Part shown: one piece after another, positions 55,490 through 64,000 of the stretch | How positions within the stretch are numbered: the stretch's first letter is position 1 | Layout: each line of letters starts with the position of its first letter | Assembly: GCA_963796915.1 (NCBI GenBank) | Contig: CAWCNI010000004.1 | Coordinates: forward strand, 2,758-66,757 | Direction: 5' to 3' | Length of the DNA stretch: 64,000 nucleotides | DNA from: Vicinamibacteria bacterium | GTDB taxonomy: Bacteria > Acidobacteriota > Vicinamibacteria > Vicinamibacterales > JAENWD01 | Notes under the pieces: generated by a model | Database searches by the model: none | Told to the model about the DNA's origin: nothing | What the model saw: the letters and a program-made list of their open reading frames with translations, nothing else | Made by a program: the position numbers and the translations under genes

Positions 55490-58400
55490 ATGCGGCTCGA
55501 GCGTCTTGAGATTGCCGGGTTCAAGTCCTTCTCTGATCGGTCGGAGCTCGCCTTCGACCGTGGCGTCACCGCCATCGTCGGCCCCAACGGCTGCGGCAAG
55601 AGCAACGTCGCGGACGCCATCACGTGGGTGCTCGGCGAACAAAGCGCCAAGAGCCTCCGCGGCGAGAAGATGGAAGACGTCATCTTCAGCGGCAGCGACG
55701 CGCGCAAGCCGACTGGCACGGCGGAAGTTCGGCTGCGCCTGAGCGGGGTGACGACGACCTCGGGCGGTGAGATGCCGGGATATGGCAATGGGCACGGCTC
55801 CGGCAACGGCCACGGTCATGACGTCGCGGGCGGTGCCACCGCCGTCGCCGAGGCCCTCGCGCCGACGCTCGTCATCGACGAGCCTGCGGAAGCGTTCCGG
55901 CCCGTCGGACGCGACGTCGAGTTGATCCGGCGGCTGTATCGATCCGGCGAGAGCGAATACCTGATTGACGGCGAGCACTGCCGCCTGCGAGACATCCACG
56001 AGCTGCTCATGGACACGGGCCTTGGCGCGAAGGCCTACGCCATCATCGAGCAGGGCAAGATCGGGATGATCCTGTCGTCGCGCCCGACCGACAGGCGGCA
56101 GTTGATCGAAGAGGCCGCGGGCATTACCAAGTACAAGGCGCGGCGCCGGTCGGCGGAACTGAAGCTGGAAGCGGCGCAGGCCAACCTGACCCGCATCGAC
56201 GACATCGTCTTCGAGGTCGAAAAGCAGCGCGGCAGCCTGAAACGGCAGGCGGCAAAGGCGCGCCGGTACCAGCGGCTGCGCGACGAGCTGCGGCGCTGGG
56301 AGAAGGTGCTGTTCGCGCGGCGGTATCGCGATCTCGACCAGGTCATCGCGTCGACGCGCCGCCGCCTGGCGGACGCGCGCGAGCGCGAGACAGCGGCGGC
56401 TGCGGGCGTTGCAGAGACCGAAGCGGCCCTGAGCGCCGTGCGGATCGACGTCGCCCAGTCCGACGCCGCAGCCACAGCCGCACGCGACCGCGCGCATGCG
56501 CAGGAGCTGGACATCCGGCGGACGGAGCAGCAGGTCGAGTTGAGCCGGCAGCAGATCGGCGCGCTCGGCGTTCGCATCGAGGAGCTCGGCCAGGAGATCG
56601 ACGCCCTCGACGCGCGTCGCGAGCCGCAGCGCGCGGAACTGGCGGAACGGCGAGTTGCCGCTGGCGAGGCCGACGGCGCACGGGCCCGCGCGAGCGACAC
56701 GCTGGCCGAGGCGCAGGAGTCCTACCAGCACGCGGCCCGCGGCATCGAGGCCCTCGAGACTGACGTCGAGACGGCTCGCCGTGAAGTGTTCGGCGCCATG
56801 AGCCAGGCCGCCGCGCTGGCGCACGCCATCGACAACGCGCGCTCGGCCCGCGAACGCGTGCAGGAGGCGTTGTCGCGGCTCGACGTCGAGGAAGGCGATC
56901 TGCGGGTCGAGAGCGAGCGCCTCGCCGCCGATCGCTTCGCAGCCGAAGGCGGCCTCTCCGCCGGCCAGGCGGCGCTCGAGACGACGCGCGCCACGCGCGC
57001 CGCGCTCGAAGCGGAGCTCGCCGCGGCCCGCGCCACGCAGAACACGCTCGGTCTCGCTCTCCGGACGCACGAGCACGAGCTGGCGCACCTGACGGCGCGC
57101 CTCACCTCGCTCGAAGAGCTCGAAGCGGCTCGCGCGGACTTCACCGAAGCCGCCCGCGTCGTGCTCGCACAGGCGAATGGCGCCGTCCAGCAGCACGGCG
57201 CCGTCGCTGACTGGCTCGAGGTCGACCGCCGCTACGAGCGCGCCGTCGAGGCGCTTGCCGGCGATCTGCTCCAGCACGTGATCGTGCCGACGCACGCGCA
57301 CGCTGCTGCGGGTCTGCAGCTGTTGCGCGATCAGGGAGCCGGGCGCTGCGGGTTCCTCGTCGTCGGCGACGGCCTGCCGATGCCAGCGCCGCTCTCCGCG
57401 ATGGACGGCGCGCAGACGATGGCGTCGCTGGTTCGCGCGACGGGGCCGTTCGCTGACACCGTCGCTGCGCTGCTGCCACGCGGGTATGTGGCGGCCTCCT
57501 TCGATCGAGCTGTGGAGATCGCGCGGTCGACCGGCGAAGCCGTCGCCACGCTGGACGGCGAGCTCGTGCGTGGAGGGCATCTCGTCGTCGGCGGTGCCCG
57601 CGGTGAAGGCCGTGGCATCCTGGCGACCAAGAACGAGATCAAGGAGCTGCGCGGCCGCGCGGACGTGGCGCGCGAGCAGGTCGCGTCGGTGACAGCCAGC
57701 CTGGCCACCGCCAGCGCGCAGGTTGCCGCGACGATGTCGGCCATCGAGGCCCGCAGCGCGGAGCTGCACGAGACCGAGAAGTCCATCGTGTCCTTCGAGG
57801 CGCAGGTCGGCCGCGCCAGGGACGAGGCCGGACGGCTCGAGCGCAAGGGCGGCCTGCTGGCCACCGATCGTGGCCGCGCCAACGAGGAGATCGCGCGGCT
57901 CGAAGAGCGCGAGACCGAGGCTGTCAAATCGAGCGCCGCGCTGAAAGTGGTGCAGCAGTCGTCGGAGGAACAATTCGCTGCGGCGCAGCGTCGGCTCGCT
58001 GAGGCCCGCGAGCACGTCGAGGGCCTGTCGCACCGCGTGTCCGAGGCCCGCGCCGCGCATGCCGGCCTGGTGGAGCGGACCGCGGCCCTGGCTGCGGAAG
58101 TGATTCGCCTTGAAGACGCCGCACGCGATCTCGAGGCGCGCGTCGAGGCACGCCGGACGGAGCGCACGAACAAGGCATCGGAGCGCGCCGCGCTCGACGT
58201 CGCCACCGCCGAAGCCCTGGCCCGGCTCGATCAGGCGGTCGCCGAAATGGACGCCCTGCGGCAGGACGTCCGATCGGCAGAAGAATCGGCCTCCGCGCTG
58301 CGCGAACGGGTCGACGCCGAGGAGGCTCGCGTCCGCCATGCGCGCGGCACGCTGGACCAGGCACGAACCACCGCCGGCGAGCTGGAGGTCGTGCGCGCCA

Positions 58401-59284
58401 CCGCCGACGCCGACCTGGCGCACCTTACCGCCACGTGTTACGAAGCCGTGCAGGCGCCGCTCGACGAGGTGCTGGCGGAAGTGGAGCAGCTCGAACGCGA
58501 CGGCGCCGCCACTCCCGACAGTCGCACTCTGGAGGTCGCCGGTCCCGACGACGACGACGCCGAAGGCGCGGAGGGGGATGCTGGTGACGGCAGCGCCGCC
58601 ATCGCGCCGGTCACGACGACTGCCGATGCGCCGCCGCAGGTGCTGAGCGCCGAAGAAGCCATCACGGGCCTGCGCTCCTCGATCGACAAGCTGGGCCCGG
58701 TGAACATGATGGCCATCGAGCAGTTCGACGAACTGGAGACGCGCCACGAGTTCCTGACGACGCAGCGCAAGGATCTGGTGGACTCGATCGCCGCCACCAA
58801 CGAGGCCATCAGCCGTATCGACGAGACCTCGAAAGTGCGCTTCCGCGAGGCCTTCGAGGCGATCAACGGCAACTTCCAGCAGACCTTCTCTACCCTGTTC
58901 GGCGGCGGCCGCGCCGGCATCACGCTGCTCGACGAGGCAGACCCGCTCGAAAGCGGCATCGACATCGTCGCCAGCCCGCCCGGCAAGCGCCTGCAGAGTG
59001 TCCAGCTGCTCTCGGGCGGCGAGAAGGCCCTGACGGCGGTGGCGTTGATGTTTGCCATCTTCCGCTACAAGCCCAGCCCGTTCTGCCTGCTCGACGAAAT
59101 CGACGCGCCGCTCGACGACGCGAACATCGGCCGGTTCGTCGAGATGCTCAAGGGGATGCTGCACCACACGCAGTTCATCCTGATCACGCACAACCGCAAG
59201 ACGATGGAAATCGCCGATCGGCTGTACGGCGTGACCATGGAAGAACCCGGCGTGTCGCGGCTGATCTCCGTCCGGCTGAACTGA
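55490..59284 (+). CDS. smc: chromosome segregation protein SMC
   Basis: MRLERLEIAGFKSFSDR...GPNGCGKSNVADAI (Walker A), long coiled coils, a hinge (..GYVAASFDRAVEIAR..), the signature LSGGEKALTAVALMFAIF, and Walker B CLLDEIDAPLD. Confidence 0.92.
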   Translation: MRLERLEIAGFKSFSDRSELAFDRGVTAIVGPNGCGKSNVADAITWVLGEQSAKSLRGEKMEDVIFSGSDARKPTGTAEVRLRLSGVTTTSGGEMPGYGNGHGSGNGHGHDVAGGATAVAEALAPTLVIDEPAEAFRPVGRDVELIRRLYRSGESEYLIDGEHCRLRDIHELLMDTGLGAKAYAIIEQGKIGMILSSRPTDRRQLIEEAAGITKYKARRRSAELKLEAAQANLTRIDDIVFEVEKQRGSLKRQAAKARRYQRLRDELRRWEKVLFARRYRDLDQVIASTRRRLADARERETAAAAGVAETEAALSAVRIDVAQSDAAATAARDRAHAQELDIRRTEQQVELSRQQIGALGVRIEELGQEIDALDARREPQRAELAERRVAAGEADGARARASDTLAEAQESYQHAARGIEALETDVETARREVFGAMSQAAALAHAIDNARSARERVQEALSRLDVEEGDLRVESERLAADRFAAEGGLSAGQAALETTRATRAALEAELAAARATQNTLGLALRTHEHELAHLTARLTSLEELEAARADFTEAARVVLAQANGAVQQHGAVADWLEVDRRYERAVEALAGDLLQHVIVPTHAHAAAGLQLLRDQGAGRCGFLVVGDGLPMPAPLSAMDGAQTMASLVRATGPFADTVAALLPRGYVAASFDRAVEIARSTGEAVATLDGELVRGGHLVVGGARGEGRGILATKNEIKELRGRADVAREQVASVTASLATASAQVAATMSAIEARSAELHETEKSIVSFEAQVGRARDEAGRLERKGGLLATDRGRANEEIARLEERETEAVKSSAALKVVQQSSEEQFAAAQRRLAEAREHVEGLSHRVSEARAAHAGLVERTAALAAEVIRLEDAARDLEARVEARRTERTNKASERAALDVATAEALARLDQAVAEMDALRQDVRSAEESASALRERVDAEEARVRHARGTLDQARTTAGELEVVRATADADLAHLTATCYEAVQAPLDEVLAEVEQLERDGAATPDSRTLEVAGPDDDDAEGAEGDAGDGSAAIAPVTTTADAPPQVLSAEEAITGLRSSIDKLGPVNMMAIEQFDELETRHEFLTTQRKDLVDSIAATNEAISRIDETSKVRFREAFEAINGNFQQTFSTLFGGGRAGITLLDEADPLESGIDIVASPPGKRLQSVQLLSGGEKALTAVALMFAIFRYKPSPFCLLDEIDAPLDDANIGRFVEMLKGMLHHTQFILITHNRKTMEIADRLYGVTMEEPGVSRLISVRLN

Positions 59285-59346
59285 GCCGCGCGGGACGCCC
59301 TGAAACCTCCCGAGCGCCTGAGGCGTATCATCCGGGAGGAGGCTTC

Positions 59347-60162
59347 ATGAAACGCCAGTTCCGACATCGGGCGGGGTTGCTCACGGCTTGGCTTGCGGTG
59401 GGGGCCCTCGGCGCCGGCTGCGATATCAACGTCGGCGACGGCGGCTTCAATATCGGGCTGGCGACGTCGAAAGCCGCTGACACCTGGACGCGCACCTACA
59501 CGATTGCCGACGGCGGGAGCTTCGAGGTGGTCAACGGCAACGGCGCCATCGAGGCCAGCCAGGGCACCGGTCCGGCCGTCGAAGTGCGGGCCGAGCGCAC
59601 GGCGAAGGCGTCGAGCGACGAAGCCGCCAAGGCGATGCTGGCGAAGGTCGAGATCGTCGAGTCCGTCAAGGCGGATGCGGTGCGCCTCGAGACCAAGTCG
59701 CCCAAGACGTTCGGCATGGGCGGCGTCGAGGTGAAGTACTTCATCAAGGTGCCCCCGGGACTTTCGCTGCGGGCGCGCACGACCAACGGTCACATCACCC
59801 TGACGGCGCTTGCCAACCGCGTGGAAGCCTCCACCACCAACGGCAGCGTCCGCGGCGAGGGGCTGGCGGGCGCGGTGTCCGCGGAAACGACCAACGGCGG
59901 CATCACGCTCGCGGTCGTGAAGCTCGACGCCGGCGGCCTTCGCGCCGAGACGACCAACGGCGGCGTCACCGTGCAACTGCCGTCGGACGCGAAGGCCGAT
60001 CTCTCCGCGCACGTGACCAACGGCAGCATCGGCATGGACAACCTCAAGCTCGAGGCGGTGGGCGATCAGAGCCGTCGTCACGTCGAGGGCACGTTGAACG
60101 GCGGCGGCGCGCGCGTCGAGTTGTCCACCACCAACGGAGGCATCCACCTGGCGGGAAAGTGA
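59347..60162 (+). CDS. DUF4097-type beta-repeat lipoprotein (putative adhesin fold)
   Basis: It has the lipobox LGAGC. Repeated (T/V)TNG(x)(I/V)x(L/V) units are present (TTNGHITL, TTNGSVRG, TTNGGITL, TTNGGVTV, VTNGSIGM, TTNGGIHL). Confidence 0.7.
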   Translation: MKRQFRHRAGLLTAWLAVGALGAGCDINVGDGGFNIGLATSKAADTWTRTYTIADGGSFEVVNGNGAIEASQGTGPAVEVRAERTAKASSDEAAKAMLAKVEIVESVKADAVRLETKSPKTFGMGGVEVKYFIKVPPGLSLRARTTNGHITLTALANRVEASTTNGSVRGEGLAGAVSAETTNGGITLAVVKLDAGGLRAETTNGGVTVQLPSDAKADLSAHVTNGSIGMDNLKLEAVGDQSRRHVEGTLNGGGARVELSTTNGGIHLAGK

Positions 60163-61275
60163 CAGAGGACAAGGCGAGCCGCTATCACCGGCTGAAGCGC
60201 CGGACGGAGGTCGCAGGGCTGCTCTGGGGCGGCCTGCTGATGGGCGGGCTGGTTGCGACCGACGGGTCGCATCGCCTCGCCGGGCTGGCCGGCTGGGTCG
60301 CGGGGCAGCGCTTCGCCGCGACGCTGGCGGTCCTGGTGTGCCTGCTCGCCATACTCAACGAGTGCGTCGCGTTCCCGCTCTCCTGGTACAGCGGCTTCGT
60401 CCTGGAGCGCCGCTACGGCTTGTCGCGGCAGACAGCCCTGGCCTGGGTGGCCGATCATCTGAAGGCGACGCTGCTCTCGCTCGGCCTTGGCGTCCCGGCG
60501 GCGCTGGTGCTCTACGCGACCATCGTTGTCCTGCCCGCGTGGTGGTGGCTGGCGGCGGGCGCGATCTTCGCGGGCGTCATCGTCGGCCTGGCGCGGCTTG
60601 CGCCGGTCGTGCTGCTGCCACTGTTTTTCTCGTTCTCTCCGCTCGCGCGCGACGATCTGCGCGCGCGGCTCGAGGCGCTTGCCAGACGCGCCGGCACGCG
60701 GGTCGTCGGGGTCTACGAGTGGGCGCTCGGCGCGAAGACCGCGAAGGCGAACGCGGCGCTGGCCGGGCTGGGACCGACCCGCCGGATCATCGTGTCGGAC
60801 ACGATGCTCGAGCAGTATTCAGACGACGAGATCGCGGTGGTGCTGGCGCACGAGCTCGGACATCACGTGCATCACGACATCTGGCGTTCGCTGGCCGTGG
60901 AGTCCGTCGTCATCCTGCTGGGATTTCTTGCCGCCGACGTCGCGCTCGTCCGCCTTGGCGCGACGCTCGGGTTGTCCGGCGCTGGCGGACCCGGCCGGCC
61001 TGCCGCTCATCCTGCTGGCGGCTGGCGGCGTCTCGCTGCTGCTGATGCCGATCGGCCTGGCGCTGTCACGGCGCCACGAGCGCGTCGCTGACCGCTTCGC
61101 GCTCGAGATCACCGGCGACGCGGATGCGTTCGTGTCGGCGATGCGGCGGCTGGGCGCGCAGAACCTCGCAGAAGAACGTCCATCGCGGCTGACCGAGTGG
61201 CTGTTCCTGAGCCATCCGCCTCTGGCCGAGCGCCTCGCCGCGGCGACGGCCTGGAAGCAGGCACGGCCGAACTGA
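60159..61275 (+). pseudogene. M48-family (Ste24/HtpX-like) zinc metalloprotease, one frame switch ~60975
   Basis: The TM-rich N-terminus and the HEXXH site (VVLAHELGHHVHHD) are in the first frame. The C-terminal part (..DPAGLPLILLAAGGVSLLLMPIGLALSRRHERVADRFALEITGD...SHPPLAERL) is in a second frame. Confidence 0.75.
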
Positions 61276-61287
61276 GCGGCCGCCGGC

Positions 61288-61692
61288 TCACTTCGGGTGC
61301 ACGACCAGCTCGCCGGTCATTTCCTTGCAGCGCTCGTCCTGTTTCAGGTTGCAGTAGAACCGGAAGGTGCCGGGGTGGTCTGCGCGGAACTCGAAGGTCA
61401 CCGTCTGCCCGGGGCCGACGCGCTTGGCGATCCGGTAATCGTCGACGGTGAAGCTGTGAGCGATGTCCTGGCTGGTCAGCGTGATCTTGACCAGGTCGTT
61501 CTGATCGACCTCGATGCGTGCCGGCTCGAACGCGTATTTCTTCGTGACGATTGGGAAGGCGCGCTGCGTCTGGTTCGGCTCCTGCGCCAGCGCGCGAGCC
61601 TGGTGCGCGGCCAGGCTCACGAGCATGGCGGTGCCGAGCAGCGCCAGCCCTGCGGCCATCCGTCGCCGTCGTCGGTGCGATTCGCCCGTCAT
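61288..61692 (-). CDS. cupredoxin-domain protein with Tat-type signal
   Basis: MTGESHRRRRRMAAGLALLGTAMLV.. followed by ..ARIEVDQNDLVKITLTSQDIAHSFTVDDY...GTFRFYCNL...C.EMTGELVV. Confidence 0.65.
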   Translation of the reverse strand: MTGESHRRRRRMAAGLALLGTAMLVSLAAHQARALAQEPNQTQRAFPIVTKKYAFEPARIEVDQNDLVKITLTSQDIAHSFTVDDYRIAKRVGPGQTVTFEFRADHPGTFRFYCNLKQDERCKEMTGELVVHPK

Positions 61693-61832
61693 GTGTGCCT
61701 CCCGCCCGTTGAGACGCTGCCGTCGGTCGACCGGCCTGCCCATTGTACCAGCCGGGGGCGGCGCGCCCGCGACGCCTGAACTGGCCGGCGCCTGTTGTTG
61801 GTGGGGGAGTGCTGGCAACCGCGGGGCTGAGT

Positions 61833-61869
61833 CACAAAAACAAAGGGCGCACCCGCGTGGTGCGCCCTT
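61833..61869 (-). terminator. rho-independent terminator after pnp
   Basis: On the minus strand: aagggcgca-ccacgcggg-tgcgccctt followed by tgtttttgtg. Confidence 0.6.
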
Positions 61870-61908
61870 GTCTAGTTCGTCGATGGCGCGCGGTTGCCCG
61901 CGCCTGAC

Positions 61909-64000
61909 TCAGTGTCGGCGGCCGCCGCGATCGTCGCGACGCGGCCGGTCGCCGCTGTCACCGCCGTCGCCGGCCGGAGCGCCGGCCGGTGCCGGTTCGC
62001 CAGTGCCAGTGTCGGTCAGCAGCGCCTTGCGGCTCAGGCGAATCTTGCCGGTCGGGTCGATGTTGATGACCTTCACCAGCACCTGTTCGCCTTCCTTCAG
62101 CTCGTCGCGGACGTCCTTCACGCGGTGATTCGCGATCTCCGAGACGTGGAGCAGGCCGTCGGTCCCCGGCATGATCTCGACGAACGCGCCGAAGTCGGTG
62201 ATCCGCTGCACCTTGCCCATGTACGTCTTGTTCAGCTCGGGCGTCGCGGTGAGCTCCTGGATGATCCCGATCGCCTTCTGCGCGGCGGCCTCGTCGGCCG
62301 ACGCGACGTTCACGCGACCGTCGTCTTCGACGTCGATCTTCACGCCCGTGCGCTCGATGATCGAACGGATCATCTTGCCGCCCGGTCCGATGACGTCGCG
62401 GATCTTGTCCACCGGGATCCGGATGGTGACGATGCGCGGTGCAATCGCCGACACCGAGGTGCGCGACTGGCCCAGCGTCTCGGCCATCTTGCCGAGGATG
62501 TGCAGACGACCCGCGCGCGCCTGTTCGAGCGCCTCGCGCATGATGTCGGCGGTGATGCCGGTGACCTTGATGTCCATCTGCAGCGCGGTGATGCCCTGCG
62601 CCGTGCCGGCCACCTTGAAGTCCATGTCGCCGTAGTGATCTTCAGCGCCAGCGATGTCGCTGAGGATCGCGTACTTCCCCGACGCCTCGTCGATGATGAG
62701 GCCCATGGCGATGCCGGCCACCGGCGAGGTCAGCGGCACGCCGGCGTCCATCATGGCCATCGAGCCGCCGCACACCGACGCCATCGACGAGCTGCCGTTG
62801 CTCTCGAGGATGTCGGAGACCAGGCGAATCGTGTAGGGGAACTTGTCTTCGGGAGGCACCATCGGCGACAGCGCGCGTTCGGCCAGCGCGCCGTGACCGA
62901 CTTCGCGACGGCCGGGGCCGCGCATGAACTGCACTTCGCCCACCGAGAACGGCGGGAAGTTGTAGTGCAGGAGGAAGCGCTTGTAGTACTCGCCGTCCAC
63001 GTGCTCGATCTTCTGCTGATCGTCAGCCGTGCCCAGCGTGCACGTCACCAGCGCCTGCGTCTCACCGCGCGTGAACACCACGGAGCCGTGGGTTCGCGGC
63101 AGGACGCCCGCTTCCGTCCAGATCGGCCGGATCTCGTCGAACTTTCGGCCGTCGAGACGCACGCGGCGCTCGAGCACCTCGTCGCGCAGGACCTTCTCTT
63201 TCAGGCCCTTGAAGATGCTCTTGGCGTCGGCCTTGCGCGGCGCTTCGGCCTCGGCGTAGGACGCCATCAGCTCTTCCTGCACCTTGTCGACGCGCGCGTA
63301 GTTCTCGAGCTTGTCGCGCAGCCGCATGGCGTCGGTCAGCGGCGCCAGCGCCTTCTGCTCGACTTCGCGCGCCAGGTCCGCGTCCACGTCCTTCACGACG
63401 ACCTGACGCTTGACCTTGCCGGCGTCCTTGGCGAGCAGGTCGATCGTCGCGACGATCTTCTTGATCGCGGCGTGACCGGCCTCGAGCGCCTTGGCGACCT
63501 GCTCCTCGGGCACTTCATTCGCGCCCGCTTCCACCATCACCAGGCCGTCCTTGCTGCCGGCGAGGATGATGTCCACCGCGCTGCGCTTGCGCTGCTCGTA
63601 GGTGGGGTTGATCAGGTACTCGCCGTCCACCAGGCCGACGCGGACGCCGGCAATGGTGGTGTGGAACGGAATCTCCGAGAGCGCCAGCGCCGCCGAGGCG
63701 CCGGTGATCGCGAGCACGTCGGTGTCGTTCGCCTTGTCGGCGGAGAGCACCAGCGCGATGATCTGCGTCTCGTGCCGCCAGCCGGCGGGGAACAGCGGCC
63801 GGATCGGCCGATCGATCATGCGCGAGGTGAGGACTTCCTTGTCCGCCATCTTGCCTTCGCGCTTGAAGAAGCCGCCGGGAATCCGCCCGGACGCGTAGGC
63901 GTACTCGCGGTAGTCCACGGTCAGCGGCAGGAAGTCGATGTTCTCGCGCGGGCTGGCCGCGCGGCACGCGGTGACGAGCACCACGGAATCACCGAACCGG
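61909..64000 (-). CDS. pnp: polyribonucleotide nucleotidyltransferase (PNPase), N-terminus outside window
   Basis: ..DFLPLTVDYREYAYASGRIPGGFFKREG.., two RNase PH domains, a KH domain (..IRDVIGPGGKMIRSIIERTG..) and an S1 domain (..GKVQRITDFGAFVEIMPGTDGLLHVSEI). The reading frame continues to the window edge. Confidence 0.92.
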   Translation of the reverse strand, partial: RFGDSVVLVTACRAASPRENIDFLPLTVDYREYAYASGRIPGGFFKREGKMADKEVLTSRMIDRPIRPLFPAGWRHETQIIALVLSADKANDTDVLAITGASAALALSEIPFHTTIAGVRVGLVDGEYLINPTYEQRKRSAVDIILAGSKDGLVMVEAGANEVPEEQVAKALEAGHAAIKKIVATIDLLAKDAGKVKRQVVVKDVDADLAREVEQKALAPLTDAMRLRDKLENYARVDKVQEELMASYAEAEAPRKADAKSIFKGLKEKVLRDEVLERRVRLDGRKFDEIRPIWTEAGVLPRTHGSVVFTRGETQALVTCTLGTADDQQKIEHVDGEYYKRFLLHYNFPPFSVGEVQFMRGPGRREVGHGALAERALSPMVPPEDKFPYTIRLVSDILESNGSSSMASVCGGSMAMMDAGVPLTSPVAGIAMGLIIDEASGKYAILSDIAGAEDHYGDMDFKVAGTAQGITALQMDIKVTGITADIMREALEQARAGRLHILGKMAETLGQSRTSVSAIAPRIVTIRIPVDKIRDVIGPGGKMIRSIIERTGVKIDVEDDGRVNVASADEAAAQKAIGIIQELTATPELNKTYMGKVQRITDFGAFVEIMPGTDGLLHVSEIANHRVKDVRDELKEGEQVLVKVINIDPTGKIRLSRKALLTDTGTGEPAPAGAPAGDGGDSGDRPRRDDRGGRRH

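Noticed and set aside
55740-55900. Gly/His-rich insertion (GYGNGHGSGNGHGHD...) in the SMC head domain as a special feature
   Set aside because: It sits in a loop region of the SMC N-terminal head that is variable between species. It is in frame and flanked by normal SMC motifs. I have no evidence that it is more than lineage-specific low-complexity sequence.
55484-59191. 1235-aa ORF on the minus strand covering almost all of smc. Similar long antisense ORFs are 27495-30473 (992 aa), 23623-25980 (785 aa), 18407-20308 (633 aa), 6268-7866 (532 aa) and 42944-44545 (533 aa).
   Set aside because: Each lies opposite a gene with clear family motifs. Their translations are Arg/Ala/Gly/Pro/Asp-rich low-complexity strings with no recognisable domains. 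Stop-free antisense frames of this length are expected at this GC content.

Overview
This 64-kb high-GC window looks like two unrelated genomic contexts abutting at about 17.9 kb.

**Left part (1-17.9 kb).** The gene content is typical of a monoderm, actinobacterium-like accessory or decaying region:
- a kdpB 3' end and a kdpD N-terminal remnant with no kdpC;
- a small GIY-YIG-like / XRE module;
- VapBC-type and MazEF-type toxin-antitoxin pairs separated by a transposase remnant;
- a truncated haemoglobin;
- an ArsR / SRPBCC / VOC trio;
- several secreted proteins and lipoproteins, with an IS6-like scrap;
- an SGNH hydrolase, a hexapeptide acyltransferase and a DUF3516-type DEAD/DEAH helicase;
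- a heavily frame-disrupted FtsX-type permease.

Many of these reading frames are broken by single-nucleotide frame switches.

**Right part (17.9-64 kb).** This is an orderly diderm, sigma54-using locus, resembling Acidobacteria or delta-proteobacteria:
- a MacA / 2x MacB-like efflux set;
- a large type IV pilus cluster: pilB-pilT-pilC-pilS-pilR, two tandem pilins, a VKOR-DsbA fusion, an ABC transporter, pilD, a second kinase, pilV/W/X-like minor pilins and a second sigma54 activator;
- housekeeping genes: aroB, nadB, proS, an OmpA-family protein, tatC, tatA, a C-terminal processing protease, smc, an M48 protease, a cupredoxin and pnp.

**Most unusual signals.**
1. A family of GGCAG/CTGCC-rich palindromic elements occurs at four sites. 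One copy carries a four-helix-bundle (23S-rRNA-IVS/Avd-type) gene between its arms and sits between pilS and pilR.
2. At the ~17.9 kb breakpoint two truncated convergent genes meet.
3. A diverged about 90-120 nt non-coding element is present at 8.9 kb and 16.8 kb.

**Not found and limits.** I found no rRNA genes, complete tRNA genes or CRISPR arrays. All family assignments come from reading the translations by eye. No database search or folding was run.
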